A DNA stretch of 64,000 nt, from assembly GCA_951406725.2 (NCBI GenBank), contig OX597832.1, positions 35,588,001-35,652,000 of the forward strand, given 5' to 3'. Position numbers and translations under genes: made by a program. Below the pieces are notes generated by a model. That model did no database searches. It was given only the letters and a program-made list of their open reading frames with translations, and had not been told where the DNA came from. Positions 11,901-26,069 of the stretch are shown here, in pieces (the stretch's first letter is position 1; every line of letters begins with the position of its first letter). Source of the stretch: Octopus vulgaris. Taxonomy: Eukaryota.

Positions 11901-12907
11901 AGAGTAAAAGACAGAGTATGAAAATAAAGAGGTAGGAAGCAGTCCAAAGCATATTCTACACATATTTCTCCCTCGACAATGAGAAGTCTCCACATTGAAA
12001 TTTGAGAATAAGTTTTGCTTAAAATAAATTTGCATTGTTAAAAGCCAAAAAAAAAAAAAAATTTTTTTTAATTCAATACATTAATAAATCATTGTTGTTT
12101 GCCTGATATTTCTATTTGATAAGACATAAAAATACTGTTAAACACTTGAATGATGCTCGTCAGTACTGCTTAGATTCCTTCAATAATGAAACCAAAGCAA
12201 GCAGACACATTCGTCTTGGTATGGAGCTACGTATAATGCTACATCATATCTATATAAATATAAAAAGTGAGAGAGAATATTCTAAATATCAATACTGCAT
12301 TAGTATTACCTCAGCCCAAATATCTGTAGCACAGCTGTGAGTGTGTGTGTGTGTGCATTGACAAACAGTCTGACATAGCATCAGATACATAGTTGTATAC
12401 ATTTATTGATTATCCCATTTTTCATCAATTGATGTAAATAATATGTAAAATAAATATATGCACATGGGGATATATATACATTTGTTTATTCATTCAACAT
12501 CATTTTTTTTTCTCCATACTAGCATGGGCTGGACAGCAACTTGTGACAGTATTTTGCTGCAGATGCTGTTCCTGTCATCAACCCTTAGCTATTTTTCTAA
12601 GAACAGATTTTTTGTTTCAGAGGCCTTCAAAAGAGTAGAAGAGGTGGATAAAATGGTGAGAAAGAATGGAAACATCATTGGTGTTTTGCTTAAGCACTGA
12701 TAAATGGAATTTCAACATTTACTGGATTTGGTCACTCATCGTGCATGCACACACACACACACACACAGACAAAATTTGGGGGTTTAGTTTCACAGGTGAT
12801 CTAAATGACTAGGTATGCTAGGTAAGTGCTGTAACGGATTACTAGGTCTCCAAGGTTTTAGCTGAGATGGTAGTTATGGAGCCATTGCAGATTTCCGATA
12901 TAGCGAA

Positions 12908-13186
12908 TATATATTTGTTAAAGAGGACATTGAATGTTAAGGCAAGGCAAACATCTCAAATCAAATACATCATTATTATTGGAAAAAAAGATCCAAAGCC
13001 TTCCAGCTGTTTCTGGGATATCCCAGAGTACGGGATCAACTGTCATTGGAGACCCCATACTCTGGGATATCCTAGAAACAGCTGTAAGACTTTGAATCTT
13101 TTTTTCCAATAATAATGATGTATATGACTTGAGATGTTTGTTTTGCCTTAATGTTTGTTGTTCTTCCTCTTTAACAAATATATATA
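12908..13186. repeat. Imperfect ~130-bp-arm palindrome containing hammerhead 3' halves
   Basis: cagctgtttctgggatatcccagagta / tactctgggatatcctagaaacagctg, with outer arms tatatttgttaaagagga / tcctctttaacaaatata. Confidence 0.8.
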
Positions 13187-13601
13187 AAGATAAATTAACA
13201 AAGACATATTCTATTGACAATCCAATAATTTATTTATATTACAATATTACATTAAATAGTATGAATATAATATATAACATAACATAATATTATATAAATA
13301 ACTATAAAAACCATAAAAGGCCAACAAATTGTTGCGACTTATATATATACATATTTTCTGATATATATATATCTGCTTGTGTATGTGACTGTCCTCCAGC
13401 TCCGCTTAACAATGGTGTTGGTGTGTTTATGTCCCCATAACCTAGCAGCTCAGCGAAAGTGACTCACATTTCCTCTTTCTCTCTCTCATTCCACCTTCTC
13501 CTCCTCTTCTCTAACAAACTAAGACATAAATTGTAACGAAACAAGTAGAAGAATATTACAGATTTAGTCCAATAGAAAAAAATTCTTTTCACTATCAATA
13601 T

Positions 13602-13760
13602 CCACCACCACCGTCACCACCAGCACCACCACCACCGTCACCAGCACCACCACCACCAACGTCACCACCAGCACCACCACCATCGTCACCACCACCACCA
13701 CCACCGTCACCACCACCACCACCAGCACCACCAGCACCAGCACCACCACCATCGTCATCA
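13602..13760. repeat. (CAC)n-type trinucleotide repeat
   Basis: Direct reading; source of the poly-V and poly-G ORFs. Confidence 0.9.
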
Positions 13761-15344
13761 TTGTAGTTTTCAGTAGCATCGCTCATTACGTTTCATTTCA
13801 GCTGTTTGTTTATATCTACTTTTTCTTGCTGTCAATGTATTTCTACTCTGACAATACAAATGCTCTCTGCGTCTCTCTGTCTTTCAGTATAACTGCCTTC
13901 TTTTCAACTGGAACTCTGCCAAATATTGGATCCCAAATATATTTCTTTCTCTTTACCTTTCTCCCCCCACCCTACAGCATCTTGTTAACACTTCTCCCTC
14001 TTTTCTCTCACAGTCTTTCTTGCTCTTCACCTTTCCCTCCAACAAACCATGTGATACATTTGGTCTTAGTGTATCATTATACTCCTCTCTTCATTCTCCT
14101 CTACTCACATTCCTCCTTTCTCTCTCTCTCTCTCTCACTTTTACTCCACCTCTCACTCTCTCCAGCTAAAGCATAATAAGCAAACGAACAAGCAGATTAT
14201 TATATCAACATTTTTCCCTTCTGCACAAGATATTTGAAGTTCACAAAATATCTTAATTATATCTGGTTGCTACAAAAGAGGGTATTTATAATTAGATTGT
14301 TTAGGGAGAATCTCTGTGATTAGAGGTGGTGGAGAGTATTTCTAATATTAACAGAAATAATTTATATATTTATAGAGAAACATTTAATATATGAATAATA
14401 ATTATCACATCCTGTCTCCCGGAACATAACACTTGTAGATATTGACACAATGGATGAATGTCAACAATACTGACACAGCTGACTGGGTTTATTGTCAGTG
14501 AATAAATGTTAATGGTAGAGAGAGAGAGAGAGAGAGAGAGTCTATAGATACTGACTATACAGATAGACACAGTGTAGAGATGATTTTCAGGATAGATAGT
14601 GGATTGATGTTGATTGTATAGATAGACACAGTGTATAAATGAAGTTAAGGATACGTAATGTAAAGATGTTGGCAACCCCAACACACGAGGCTTCCATAAA
14701 GCTTGACTAACAGACCTCTTTCCTAAAAGTGCACAACATAATTCATTTTCCTCAAACCCAGCATAAACCATATGCCTTGATCTTAGTTTGGCATTTAAGT
14801 GGGAGGATGTTGGGGCAGCGGAGAAAATGGGACTTTAATTTTAATGACATTACCAAAGTGCTGCTCCTTCCACATTCAGTTAATTACTTGCTTTGTATAG
14901 TTTAACTTTTAAAATGATTTCGGCATTGGTCAATTTATTTTTAGTTGTTTTACTTTATTTTACCCAGAAACATTTTTTTATTTCTGTTTTGGTGTCTCAT
15001 TTTATTTCAGTTTTATTTTCATTTCACCTCTTCAATAGTCAATAAATTTCACTCGAAACTAGCACTTGTGGGAGAATTATTTTGTTTTTATAGGTTTTTA
15101 AGTATTTTAAGGACTGAATGATAGCATTTCAACAGTTAAAAGAAATGAAAGAAAAAAATCAAATCAGAACCAGAATAATTGGTAGATCTTCCGTGACTTT
15201 GAAACACACACTTATATATGTCTTAACATTATGGAAACGACTGTAAAAGCTCTATAAAGGAAAAGAAAACACAATATCCCATCCAAAAATAAAAGTATTT
15301 TAAAGAATAAAAAGATATCAACTCGATTATGGCTGGGAGATAAC

Positions 15345-16340
15345 AGTTTACTCAAAGTAGCTGCCCTCAACTTTCACCATGTCCTTAAGATGGCTCTGGA
15401 ATCTGGTGCATGTGTCCTTGGGAAGATCTTCAAACACTTTCTTGGTCTTGGCCACCAGCTAGGCTTTGGTATTGCAAGCAGAGTGGGTCGTGTCTTTTGT
15501 AACTGTGCTCCACACATAGTAATTTAAGGGATTACAATCTGGGTAATTAAAGAGGCCAGAAACTGGGGCTGGTGAAGTTGTAGAAATTCTCTGACGACCA
15601 CTTCTGACTCTTTCTAGAGGACATGACAAGGAACTGAATCCAGCTGCCACACACTCATGGCCTTCAAGCAGTCACCTTCTCCAGCCAGCATTTGACCAGT
15701 CTCTCTCCAGCATATCCATCTGAACTGAGCCTATAACACTATTCAAAGATGTGGGGTGGTACAATGTCACTCTCATTCGTGGTACACTCCCCCCAAAAAC
15801 CATAACAGGTTAAGAAAACTTAGTTTTCATATGTGGGACATTGAATGGAGTGTAGGCAAGCGACCTGTTCTTCTGAGGGTTGTGCAACTGGTCCTGGCAG
15901 AAAATCTTTTCCTTTGAGAAGGATCAGATCATCTATGGCTCAAAAGGATACCTCATCTTGTTCAGGAGCTTCTTTGCCCCTTGACTAAGTGGTTCTATTT
16001 GGTCTTGGCTGTCAGAATTTGTCCCTTGCACCTCTTGCATGAGTAGTAGTGAAATTCCACATTCAGATCTAACTTCATGGTGGTGACCCCTATACTTATC
16101 TCTCTTACCAAAGCCCAGATTCCCTTGCTCAGATCTTCCAACAACTTGTCCAGCAGTTAGAATGCGCCTGTTGTGTTCATCCCTGCCGGCCATGGCTTTC
16201 TAGTCTCCATTGCAGCTGCCTCTGTTGTGTCTTACAGCCTTTACAGTGTCCACAGAGCATTGAGAGCAGTGGTCAGGAGGTCAGTATTCTGATATGTTGT
16301 ACAAATCATCACAATACACGGAACTCTTTCCCAATATTCA
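15345..16340 (-). mobile_element. Decayed Tc1/mariner-superfamily transposase (maT/DD37D-like)
   Basis: Fragments FSKEKIFCQDQLHN..NR, MKTKF, NESDIVPPHIF, PDCNPLNYYVW..NTKA, EGSYFE* broken by frameshifts. Confidence 0.7.
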
Positions 16341-16401
16341 GATGGCTTCCAGTCCTCAATGTCACTGAACTTTCGGCGGCGGCTGCTGCTGCTGCTCCCC
16401 C

Positions 16402-16456
16402 CTTCTTCTTCTTCTTCTTCTTCTTCTTCTTCTTCTTCTTCTTCTTCTTCTTCTTC
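16402..16456. repeat. (CTT)n microsatellite
   Basis: Direct reading. Confidence 0.95.
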
Positions 16457-18089
16457 AATACACTCTTAATTCATGGTTTCTTAGGTTAGCTCAACTGCTG
16501 ACTTTAGGAAATATTATATTGTCCTATTTCTTTCATTTCTCCTCAAAACATCAACAATGGTTCCAGCAAAGAGATTTCTGCCAATTCAAAGTATTCTATT
16601 TTTACTAAGTCAAAATTGACCTTTGTGAACTTTGACATGGTGACCTCCCTAGCCTTAAATGAAAGGCAGATCCATCAGCAAATTATTGTCATTTCCAATG
16701 TCTACACTTGGAAAACTAACACATCTAAAGAGATATTCTTTGAGAAGAGATTTTTACCAACAAGCTACAGTAGATCTTCAGTCTGAGAATTCTGTGCAAG
16801 AAATATTTCAGATGTTGTCAACACTTTTATCACATCTTTTTAGATTTCAAATCTTCTACAAGAAATCATTTGTAACCTTTATGGTCAACTACAAGGAGAT
16901 ACAAAGCCAATCTCATTGTTGTCTGAGTCTTTAAGCATCTTCATTGAATGGCCAATGCAATGGTTTTGAATAATGCTTGGAATCCTACAGGGATATACTC
17001 TCTTGCCCATTTTTTAAAGATCCTTTGTAATATATGATTGAAATGCTAAACTCTTTCGAAGGAACAGTCAGCATCGAAGCAAAATTGTTACTAACCCACT
17101 GCAGTCAGATGACGACAGTTCAGCTTATTGGACATCAACTCAAGAACTTTTATGGCAGAGAATTGAGCTGAAAAAACTTTGCAGTGCTAACACTAGAGTC
17201 AATAGAGAGTCATTTGAAGCAGTTTCTGTTGGATGCAGTTTCCTCAGATGAAGGATGAAAAGCAGAAGTCCTCATCTAAATAGAGCAGAAAACAGTTGTA
17301 ATCACATAACTTCAGCTAATTTTGTATGATAATTATATATTTTTTAGTTAAAAAGTGAATCTGATGTATGCGCTTGTCCTCTTAATTTTCTTCTCTGCTG
17401 GAAACAGTGAGGTGTGGACTCAGAGGAAAATCAAAAGCAAAGCAAAGCAAAAAATATTATTGGAAGATCTTAAACATTTCCTACAACAGACATGTTACAT
17501 ATGAAGAAGACTGCTGAAAATCTATTGTCAAACAAAAGAATAGAGAAGCTGTAGTCTTTTGACCAACTGACCAAGACTTATTAAAGTGACCTGAAAGGAT
17601 ACCAAGAAAGTGGGGCTAATGAGTGGAATCTTCAATCAGTTGTAATTATGAACCTATCTTTTAGTTGTTTGGTATGTGGTGATGTATGACACCCACACAC
17701 ACAATGTAATGATATGTGATACACACACACACAATGTGATGATATGTGATACATATACACACTCAGTGTGGTGATGTATGATACACGCAATTTGGAAATG
17801 CGTACTAACATACCAGAGCAGTATTTCAGATGGTATATCAGTCCAAGGCTGTGGATATCCAGTGAGCTTCTCCTTAAAAAAAAGGGCATAACAGCCTTTT
17901 GACTTTTGAGAAGAAATTCCCCAGATTTTGAAGCAGTTTCATTTTGTCTAGCAAAATTTCTCTTGGAGGCCTTGTGTGTTATACACTTAAAATAATATGT
18001 GTGATACACACATACACAATGTAATGTGTGATATATGTATACTTAATGTGGGAAACACACACACACACACACATACTCAATATCATCAT

Positions 18090-18395
18090 ATCTCTTATTA
18101 TAAAAGGCAGATTTTATCTGCCTCCCTTTGGGAGTTATACAAATCTACAATATAGGATTTCTTCAATTACAATTTACCTAGCAATTTTAAGAGTACAATG
18201 CATCGCGTCATGCCAGCTCCAGTTTTTAAAATTTAAACTCCAATTAAGCAAAATTTACAGAAAACTCACATTCTGGTGTGTGTGTCAAATGCTTTTCTTA
18301 GTCTGGTTTACAGCACACGCAAACGCACACACACAGTGGGCAACGAATAAAATGAAACTAGATGTAATATTTGTTACTGTCCATGAACGCTGATA
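18090..18395 (+). mobile_element. Probable Helitron-type non-autonomous repeat, 5' fragment
   Basis: Begins a|TCTCTTATTATAAAAGGCAG, a Helitron-like 5' TC end; no 3' CTAG hairpin found. Confidence 0.4.
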
Positions 18396-18716
18396 GATAC
18401 ATGAGTAAAATGTATGGGAAGCTAACAAATAAGAGTGAGTGAAAATGTTCTTGGAAGAGAGTAAATTTGAAGCTTGAGAACAATCAGATACATTTGCAAC
18501 ACATCTGTTGAAAATATTATTATTCACACACATACATATACATATATACATACAGACAGACAGACAGATAGACACACACACACACACACACACATGATCC
18601 AGCATGGCCACAACCTCAAGGCTGAAACATATAAAAGAATAACAGAATATAAATGTGTGCATGTGTGTGAGAGAGAGAGAGTGTGTGTGTATATGTATGT
18701 ATGTATGTATGTATAT

Positions 18717-19310
18717 ATAATAATGCGGTTTTTTCAACAGCTTGAACTAAAAGTCAGAGGGGAATGGGATAAACTACTTATATTAACTTGCTATAAAAGC
18801 AGGTAGTAATTTTATCTTGTCCTTATTCATAGTGCAAGTTTTGAAGAGTGCATTTCGATTTTAACAGCTATTTTTTTCAAAGCTATGTTGGAAGTAACAA
18901 AGGAGCATATTTGGCATATTTTGCTTTATGAGTTCAATAAAGACAACAACGCAACGGAAAGTACAAGAAATATTAATGCAGTATATGGGGATTGGACAAT
19001 AAGCGTAAGGCAGTGTCAATGGTGGTTCCAGAAATTCCGAGCCATAAACTACAGCCTAGAAGACGAGCCTCATCCTGAAAGATCTGTAGAACTCGACAAG
19101 GACATCCTGAAAACCCTGGTGGAACAAAATCTCATCGTAACTGTTGAGGAACTAGCAGAGAAGCTTGGATTTGGTCATTCAACCATTCATTGAGACCTGT
19201 GTGCTATCGGAAAAGTCAGCAAATTGGGTCAATGGGTTCCTCACGAACTTTCCGAGTCTAATTGCATGCAGAGAGTGAATGTATGCTTTTCTTTGCTGTC
19301 ACATCTCACC
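18717..19310 (+). mobile_element. Mariner transposon 5' half (Hsmar1/SETMAR-like transposase pseudogene)
   Basis: ORF 18885-19193 HIWHILLYEF..NINAVYG..WFQKFR..SLEDEP..TVEELAEKLG; after a stop it continues GKVSKLGQWVPHEL (mariner WVPHEL motif). Confidence 0.9.
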
Positions 19311-19328
19311 ACTACTGCGCTATGTATA

Positions 19329-19967
19329 TCTATATATATAAAACTGTAGTTGTGTGAGTGTCTGTCCCCTTCGATTTAGATTCCTAACTACTCCCACATT
19401 TTGCGGTGCAGTTTAACCAAATTCGGGTAGCTTATAGTCGTGATTCATATCGAGCCCGTCTGAGTATTAGCGCGCGTCTACGATGAGTCTACGATTTTAA
19501 AAATAATTTAACATCATTTTTTATTCCATTTTAATGCATAATTTTTCGTGTGTCGATGGCGGCGGAGTTGGCGTCCACGCTCACACCTGCACCTGTGGGG
19601 AAGGGAGTGTAAGGAAATCAACGTCGTAATGCGTTGTCAAGGAGACCAGCGTTCTTTTAGAACAACGACTTCATGGCTTGAAGACACCAAAACAGAAATG
19701 GCTATGAAAGCGTCTACATGAGTCTACGATTTAAAAAAAAAAATTACCATCGTTTTTTTTTCCATTTTAATGCATTTTTTCGCTATTATATAAGGGAAGT
19801 AACTCTCTAAAAATGTCTACGATGAGTCAACGATTTAAAAAAAAATTTACCATCATATTTTTTCCATTTTTAATGCATTTTTTGCTACTTTTTGGCTATA
19901 ACTCTCTAAAAATGCTTATATAGTTATTTCCCTTACAAACCCGAGCAACGCCGGGCGATACTGCTAG
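19329..19967 (+). mobile_element. Non-autonomous Helitron
   Basis: 5' A|TC, 3' hairpin cccgagcaacgccggg (19940-19955) followed by CTAG|T; three internal repeats gtctacgat..aaaa..catc..ttccatttt. Confidence 0.85.
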
Positions 19968-21448
19968 TATTCTTATAAAGTCAGTATTTAAGCCCAGATC
20001 TTGTAGTATTAAATAGCTGAAAGATTAATTTCTCCCTGGATAAAATGCCTCATATGTTAGCAACCCTCTATATTGATATCTATAGTCCATAAATGAGACA
20101 TGAGGCAACAACTATTATGTACCAAGACACAATGTAACAATTACCAAGATAAACTAAGACACAATGTGTCAATTGCCATTCACAACAGATGAACTGTTGT
20201 TGTACGACATCAACTGTGAAACACTACAAAAGACCTGATCTGATGAGGCATCCACCTCTGTTAGATATTCCAGGCACAGAGTGAAACAGCAGCAGACATA
20301 AGGAACTCACTTTCAATGAGATCCTTTTGTATCAACCTGGCATTTAGTACCACTACCTCTTCCATTTCCACCTCTTATGAGTAATAGGCCAACCATCACT
20401 TCACCCCCCACCACTACCAGCACTACTACTACTACTGCTGCTGCTGCTGATGATGATGATGATGCTATGCGGGTATACTTTTAAATACACAGTGTGCATA
20501 TGTTTACATATGTCATAAAGGTGGGCACTGAGAAAAGTCATCATATCTATCACCCCCAACCATCTCACCAGTGACCACCACCACCATCTCACCCATTAAC
20601 CCTCACCCTACCATCACCAAATACCATAGATATTACTCAACCATAATTACAGGATTAATACCAGGTCTGTAGCAAGCATCCCTTTGTCCTTTTTGAGGCT
20701 TCTCTCCCCCCACCCCTTCTTCCGATAGCAGAGAACATTATTGAATTTCCTGATCACAGAGATATATAACATGCAGAAAGATATTGGAATGAGAAGGAAT
20801 ATGAGCTGCATACACCGACCTTAGTCTTGGCAATGTTTGAAATGGTTAACCAATATCAACAGTCTACTTTCACTTTCGCTTCTCCATTTCCTCCTCGAGT
20901 TGTTGTCGGTCGTGCACTCTTTCATCACCAAGCAAAGTCCTTATTACTTACTCCTATATAACCACAGACTATAATCTGTTTAACTCTGCAGTCTGTATGC
21001 ATGTGTGCAACATGAGCATGTGTCTTGGTTACATTAACCACAAAAGACTCACAGTCAATACCATGACAGATATGGCTATTCAGTTATTAAATTATCAAAA
21101 CTGTATGTTAAGCTAGTTGTGCCAGAGGTTGTTAGCTTTTTCTGTCCATTCAGTCTGAAAGTAAATATTCTCATAGAGTCACACATTCAAGGATATGGTG
21201 GAACCATTACAAATTCTCAATAAGCAGATCACTTGATTAATTACAGTTTTAAGATCAGATTTACTCATAACATTTCTTGTTGATGTTGCATCTCCCCAAA
21301 CCCCACTCCACACCATCTTCTATTCCTAATAGAAATAAATCGACTCTTTTCATAGCAGAAAGTCGGCATAATACTGATTTCTTATGAGGGCACCACAGAG
21401 AAATTATATTATGTGATGTTTATATATTCCTTATGTGTGTATGTGTGA

Positions 21449-21483
<35 letters not shown>

Positions 21484-21494
21484 GGTGTGCAATG

Positions 21495-21778
21495 ATTTTA
21501 ATGTTGTGAGTTTGATTCTTGGTGGTACATTGTGTCCTTGAGCAAGACACTCTTATTTCATGTTGCTCCAGTCTACTCAATTGGCAAAGATGAATTGTAC
21601 CTATTATTCAAAGAGACAGACTTGTCACATTCTGTGTTAGGTTAATCTTCCTGAGAACTATATTTAGACTATATATGTGTCTGTGGAGTGCTCAGCCACT
21701 TGCACATTATTTCAAGAGCAGGCTGTTCTGCTGACCGGATCAACTGGGACCCTCATCATTGTAACCAATGGAGGGCCA
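21495..21778 (+). mobile_element. SINE family C, 5'-eroded copy
   Basis: Homologous to 6370-6618. Confidence 0.7.
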
Positions 21779-22559
21779 ATTTTTTCTTTATATATATTTC
21801 TGAAGGCCATTGGCAGGATAAGTAAAACAAGTTCGCTTTAACTGAGTTTTGAAATTGATTACAGTATTTGCTTCTTTGGTTCCCTAATCTGACTTATTGG
21901 TCTTGTTTTCTACTATAGAATTTAGCATATTTTTAATAAAATTTCTTGATTGTCTGCAAAACTCACTCTCAAATTATAAAACAAAATTGCATTTCCGATG
22001 TTGTAAATGTTATGACTACAGTCAAATTACTTCCATTCAGTTGCATTATGTAAAAGAAGGACATGTCTGAAATAGCAGCCAGATCTTTCGGTTCTGTAAC
22101 AGCAATCTTAAAACTCTATGTCCTGAATGACAGGGACCATCATAAATGGAAGGTGTTTGATCATAGGCCTGCTGGATTAGATCTAACCTGGGGTTAAGCA
22201 ATAACAACAAATGTTGGTTCCACGTGTCACAGCAGATTTAACACTTTTGCAGAAGCAGAACATAAAAATTAGAGGAAGTGTGTTGAGAGAAACAGTTGCT
22301 AAATGAGTGAAGATGAAAGTCAATATATTTGCTTTGCTTCAGTAATAAATGTGACAGGGTTGAAGAAAATTAATGGAACAGGTATGGAATCAGCATAGGT
22401 AAAAATTATGATAAAATCTTTTTCATATAAATATAAACTTATTGATGAGTGGCTGTGTGGTAAGTAGCTTGCTTACCAACCATATGGTTCTGGATTCAGT
22501 CCCACTGTGTGGCACCTTGGGCGAGTTCATTGCTGAGATAACAAAGTTGATGCCAAAAT

Positions 22560-23130
22560 CCAAAAGCTGATGCCAATGCATCCTGTACATCACCCAAAAG
22601 TAAACAGATAAATTATAATAATTTGAAGAGAAGAAAGGAATTGTGGGGATGGGTTAATAAAATCCCAATTGTAGCCCTAGGAGGACTTTCTGCCTACTCA
22701 TAACAAGCAACCAACTGGGAGTTCGAATTGGTTCTGAAACATAAAGATACCAAAAAGTTGCACCTAGTGATGAGAAATGCTATAGTATACCTTTGGGAAA
22801 TGTAGCTAGATAAATTAGGAGCAGAAGAAAGTGTGTTCCTCACTGAAAAGGCAAAACAGGCCAAAATATAAGCAAACAAACCAGCCTCCAATGCACTGAA
22901 GAGAAATGAGAGCAAAAACCAGTGCTTAATAATAAATTCTTGCTAAGAGCCAGACATCCTGATTTAGATCAAAGCCATGCCCTCAGTGGCTGGCATGCTC
23001 CAGTCTGGAGCTGGAAACTGAGTTCAAAGTCTTCTACTAAGAATTACCAGTATAATGTTCTGAAACATGAAAGCAGCCCATCATATTGCATATGCAAAGA
23101 TGATCAATCGCTTAATCTCTGGATGTGGTC
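22560..23130 (+). mobile_element. Decayed R4/Dong-like (RLE-type) non-LTR retrotransposon remnant
   Basis: Frameshifted RARHPDLDQ..QWLACSSLELETE..TKNYQYNVLK..C.ICK resembles the region before the zinc knuckle; a similar remnant (HLISSCPK) lies at about 27040-27400. Confidence 0.4.
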
Positions 23131-24149
23131 GACTGATACCAACGGAGTATTTGCAAAGACATTACAGGGCAACTCAGTCCATGTTCTGATCAATATCCCT
23201 TACATACAATCTCCCTCGAAAAGAGAAGAAGTGAGAATGGAGATGTACAAACTGCCCTGAATGCTGAATTCCTTTGGAATTTCAGTGTTTCAGGTTGATT
23301 GGGAAATTCAGGCTGACTGAGCAGACAATGTTGAAAAGATTTCTCTTTTGATTGATGTTGCAGCCTCAGCCGACAAAGACACACGACTGAAAACGTTTGA
23401 GAAAATGAGCAAATAGAACTTAGAAATAGAAATCAGAAGAATGTGACATCTCAATGCAACAATATTGCCTGTTGGGCACTTGGAATGGCATCAAAATGCA
23501 CAAGCAAATATGCATACCAAATTCCTGGCAGTTTCAAAATAAAAGAATTACAAAAAATCATATTTATGGGTACCTCACATATTTTATGTAAGTCCCTCTC
23601 TATGTAATTACAATCTTATTCATTCAGTTTTATTACAAACGAGCTGAAAAGCTGCCTGATAGGTGGCTCTTAAGCAAGCTCCTGTGGAGGGCTCTACATT
23701 GGGCCTTGAGCCCAACAATGACACTTCATACATTGAGCACATATTAAATTTTAATAAACTTAAACAATATTTTTCAAGCCATGAACAATTTTCATCAAAA
23801 CAAGGATATAATTTGTCAACTTGGAACTTATTTCAAAGCTGTATGATAAATAATCTTTGTCTCCCCATTCGAGGTCAGTAGAAAGAGTTTGATTCCATTC
23901 CCTACCCTTGAACAACCAGCTGGTGGTGGGAAAAGCAGGGTTCCATGAGATGAAGCCCAGTTACTTTCAATTATTGTTCTTGAGACTTATTGATTGACAT
24001 TGCATAGTTTACTCTCACTGGAAACTGAAGTCTTTTGAACCCAAAAGGAAGATCTGGAGAAATTAAGGGGATTCTTGGAATTAAAACTCTTTCCTCCTTT
24101 CCTGGACCAGTAAAGATTTCTGCTTCCGAGAGATGAGGAAGCATCTTGA

Positions 24150-25020
24150 TTATTAACCTTGTTCAATTACAAAGCTTTGGAGGATCCAGATTTCTCAAAA
24201 GCATAACTGGTACATTTTCTTTTAGTTCCGGCTTGCATGATGGCATTCCAGTTGGATTCAATGAGTTCAGGAACTCTTTTGGATAATTCACTGCCTGCTC
24301 TTGTTCAACCACAGTCCTCTCTGCAGCCTTGGCTATTTTCATTGCAATCTGGTCCTCTCTTGGCAGAGATTTATTTTTGCAAAGCATACTGTTGCCGTAT
24401 GGGATGGGCAACAATAAACTTACCTTTTAAAAGTTCAACAATAATTCTTCTGTCGATGTACGTAGGGCCTTACTTTTCATACAAACAATTATTTGTAGTA
24501 GCTGATACCTATCTAAACTCCTGTTCATAGTTTGAAGGAAAATTACACCACTGTTGCTAAACACTATTTTAAAGTGCGATTTCTATGGTTTGGAATTTCT
24601 CTAAACATATTTGACCATAAAAGATGTTTGAAATTCAGTATTTTTTAAGGTAAAAATAAAATTAGTTGAATCTATTTTCATGCAGCTGGAGTGCACAAAA
24701 ATTCTGTAGGTCCAACGGCTGATGGCTTGAAAATAAGTCTGACAGATTTTATTAATATCTGAAAAAATACTAAGTTTCCACATGGTAGAGAGTTATGAAA
24801 GGTAATATGGTATGAGAGAGTGAGTTCATTATGTATTTCAGTTGCGAATGTTATGAAGCACTGTTTATGGTTAAATTACTTGTAGTCATTGAATAGTGAG
24901 AAAGGGGTAAAGCATGAGGAATAGTAGAAGTGTCATTGAATAGTGAGAGAGGGTGTCGGAGGAGTAAAGTTGAAAAAAGTGTGTCACACTGACATTTGCT
25001 TTCGCATTCATTATTATAGA
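24150..25020 (-). mobile_element. Helitron-derived element with PIF1-like helicase fragment
   Basis: YPKEFLNSLNPTGMP...LKENVPVMLLRNLDPPKLCN (24163-24300) is a Helitron helicase motif; minus-strand 5' end A|TCTATAATAAT at 25020. Confidence 0.8.
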
Positions 25021-25207
25021 TTTTATAAAAAAAACATCAATCTTTTTTTTCAATTGTATGGCATCTCATATGTTCACATCTTAGATGTAAAAACTTGTGG
25101 TCCCTTGATGTCTTTAGTTGAGATTTGAGTGAAGCAAAAAAGGTAAAACATAATAATAACACTAATAATCATAGAAGTTAAATAATAATAATAATAATAA
25201 TTATAAT

Positions 25208-25422
25208 GATTTCAAATTTTGGCACCAGGCTAGCAATTTTAGGGGAAAAGGTTAGCTGGATACAGCAGTACCAATATATGGCTGGTACTTTCTTTTATTG
25301 ACCCTGAAGAGATCAAAGGCAAAGTTGACCTTAGTGAAATCTGAACTCAGAACATAGTGAGTCAGAAAAAATACTGCAAGCATTTTCCTGGTGCTCTGAT
25401 AATTCTGTCAGATCAGTACCTT
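25208..25422 (-). mobile_element. SINE family B, diverged
   Basis: Reverse complement of the 7536/30289 family (aaaggcaaagttgacct..tgaactcagaac). Confidence 0.65.
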
Positions 25423-25473
25423 AAGATAATAAACAATAATAGTATTAATAAGAAGAAACAATTTTCAACTCAC

Positions 25474-26069
25474 CTTCCTCGTAATAAAAGAGAAAGCTTC
25501 TCACCACATGGAGTAATTCCTTCTGTCGCATAAACACTTCCTTGGCGCAGATAAACGAGTCTGCCAATCCGTGTTAATGATTTGAATTCAATACGGGACA
25601 CACCAAGTGGTTTAAACAATTTGGCATAAACATCTTCAAAATCTTTATGTATATGGACGGGATACATGCTGTAGGCCAAGTAGAAAATGTGCCCGATATT
25701 GATAGAAAAGAAGGCACAGTTCCATGCAAGTATGTCTGGTACACATATGAAGACACCAGCCCAGAGAATGTAGAAAAGAAATGTGAAAAGGAGAAGACAT
25801 CTGAGGAATAATATATGGTACTGGAAGCTAATTGGGGTAAGGAAAGAAAAAGCCATGCACAGGCTGCCCAACTGAAAGAGGATATGCTGGACATCTTGCC
25901 AAACATCGCAAGATTCAGTTCCATTATATGATGTTGAATTCAAAGTTGTATTGACCACAAATGGCTGCAGTGTTTGCAACAGCGAAGAACTGTTGAGTAA
26001 TGCTTCAGGTGTGGTGCTGCTGCTGCTGCTGCTGCTGCTGCCACTGTCAGTTGAGTTAAACAGCATCAT
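25474..26069 (-). CDS. popdc: Popeye domain-containing protein, first coding exon (N-terminus, 3 TM helices, start of Popeye domain)
   Basis: CDVWQDVQHILFQLG..FLRCLL..LWAG..C.PDILAWN..LFKPLGVSR.EF..YATEG.TP..KLSLLLRGR is typical BVES/POPDC. Acceptor ctctttgcag before 26111, GTGAG donor after 25474. Start ATG at 26069 is assumed. Confidence 0.95.

Noticed and set aside
13564-13786. Gly-rich and Val-rich ORFs
   Set aside because: Products of a (CAC)n repeat.
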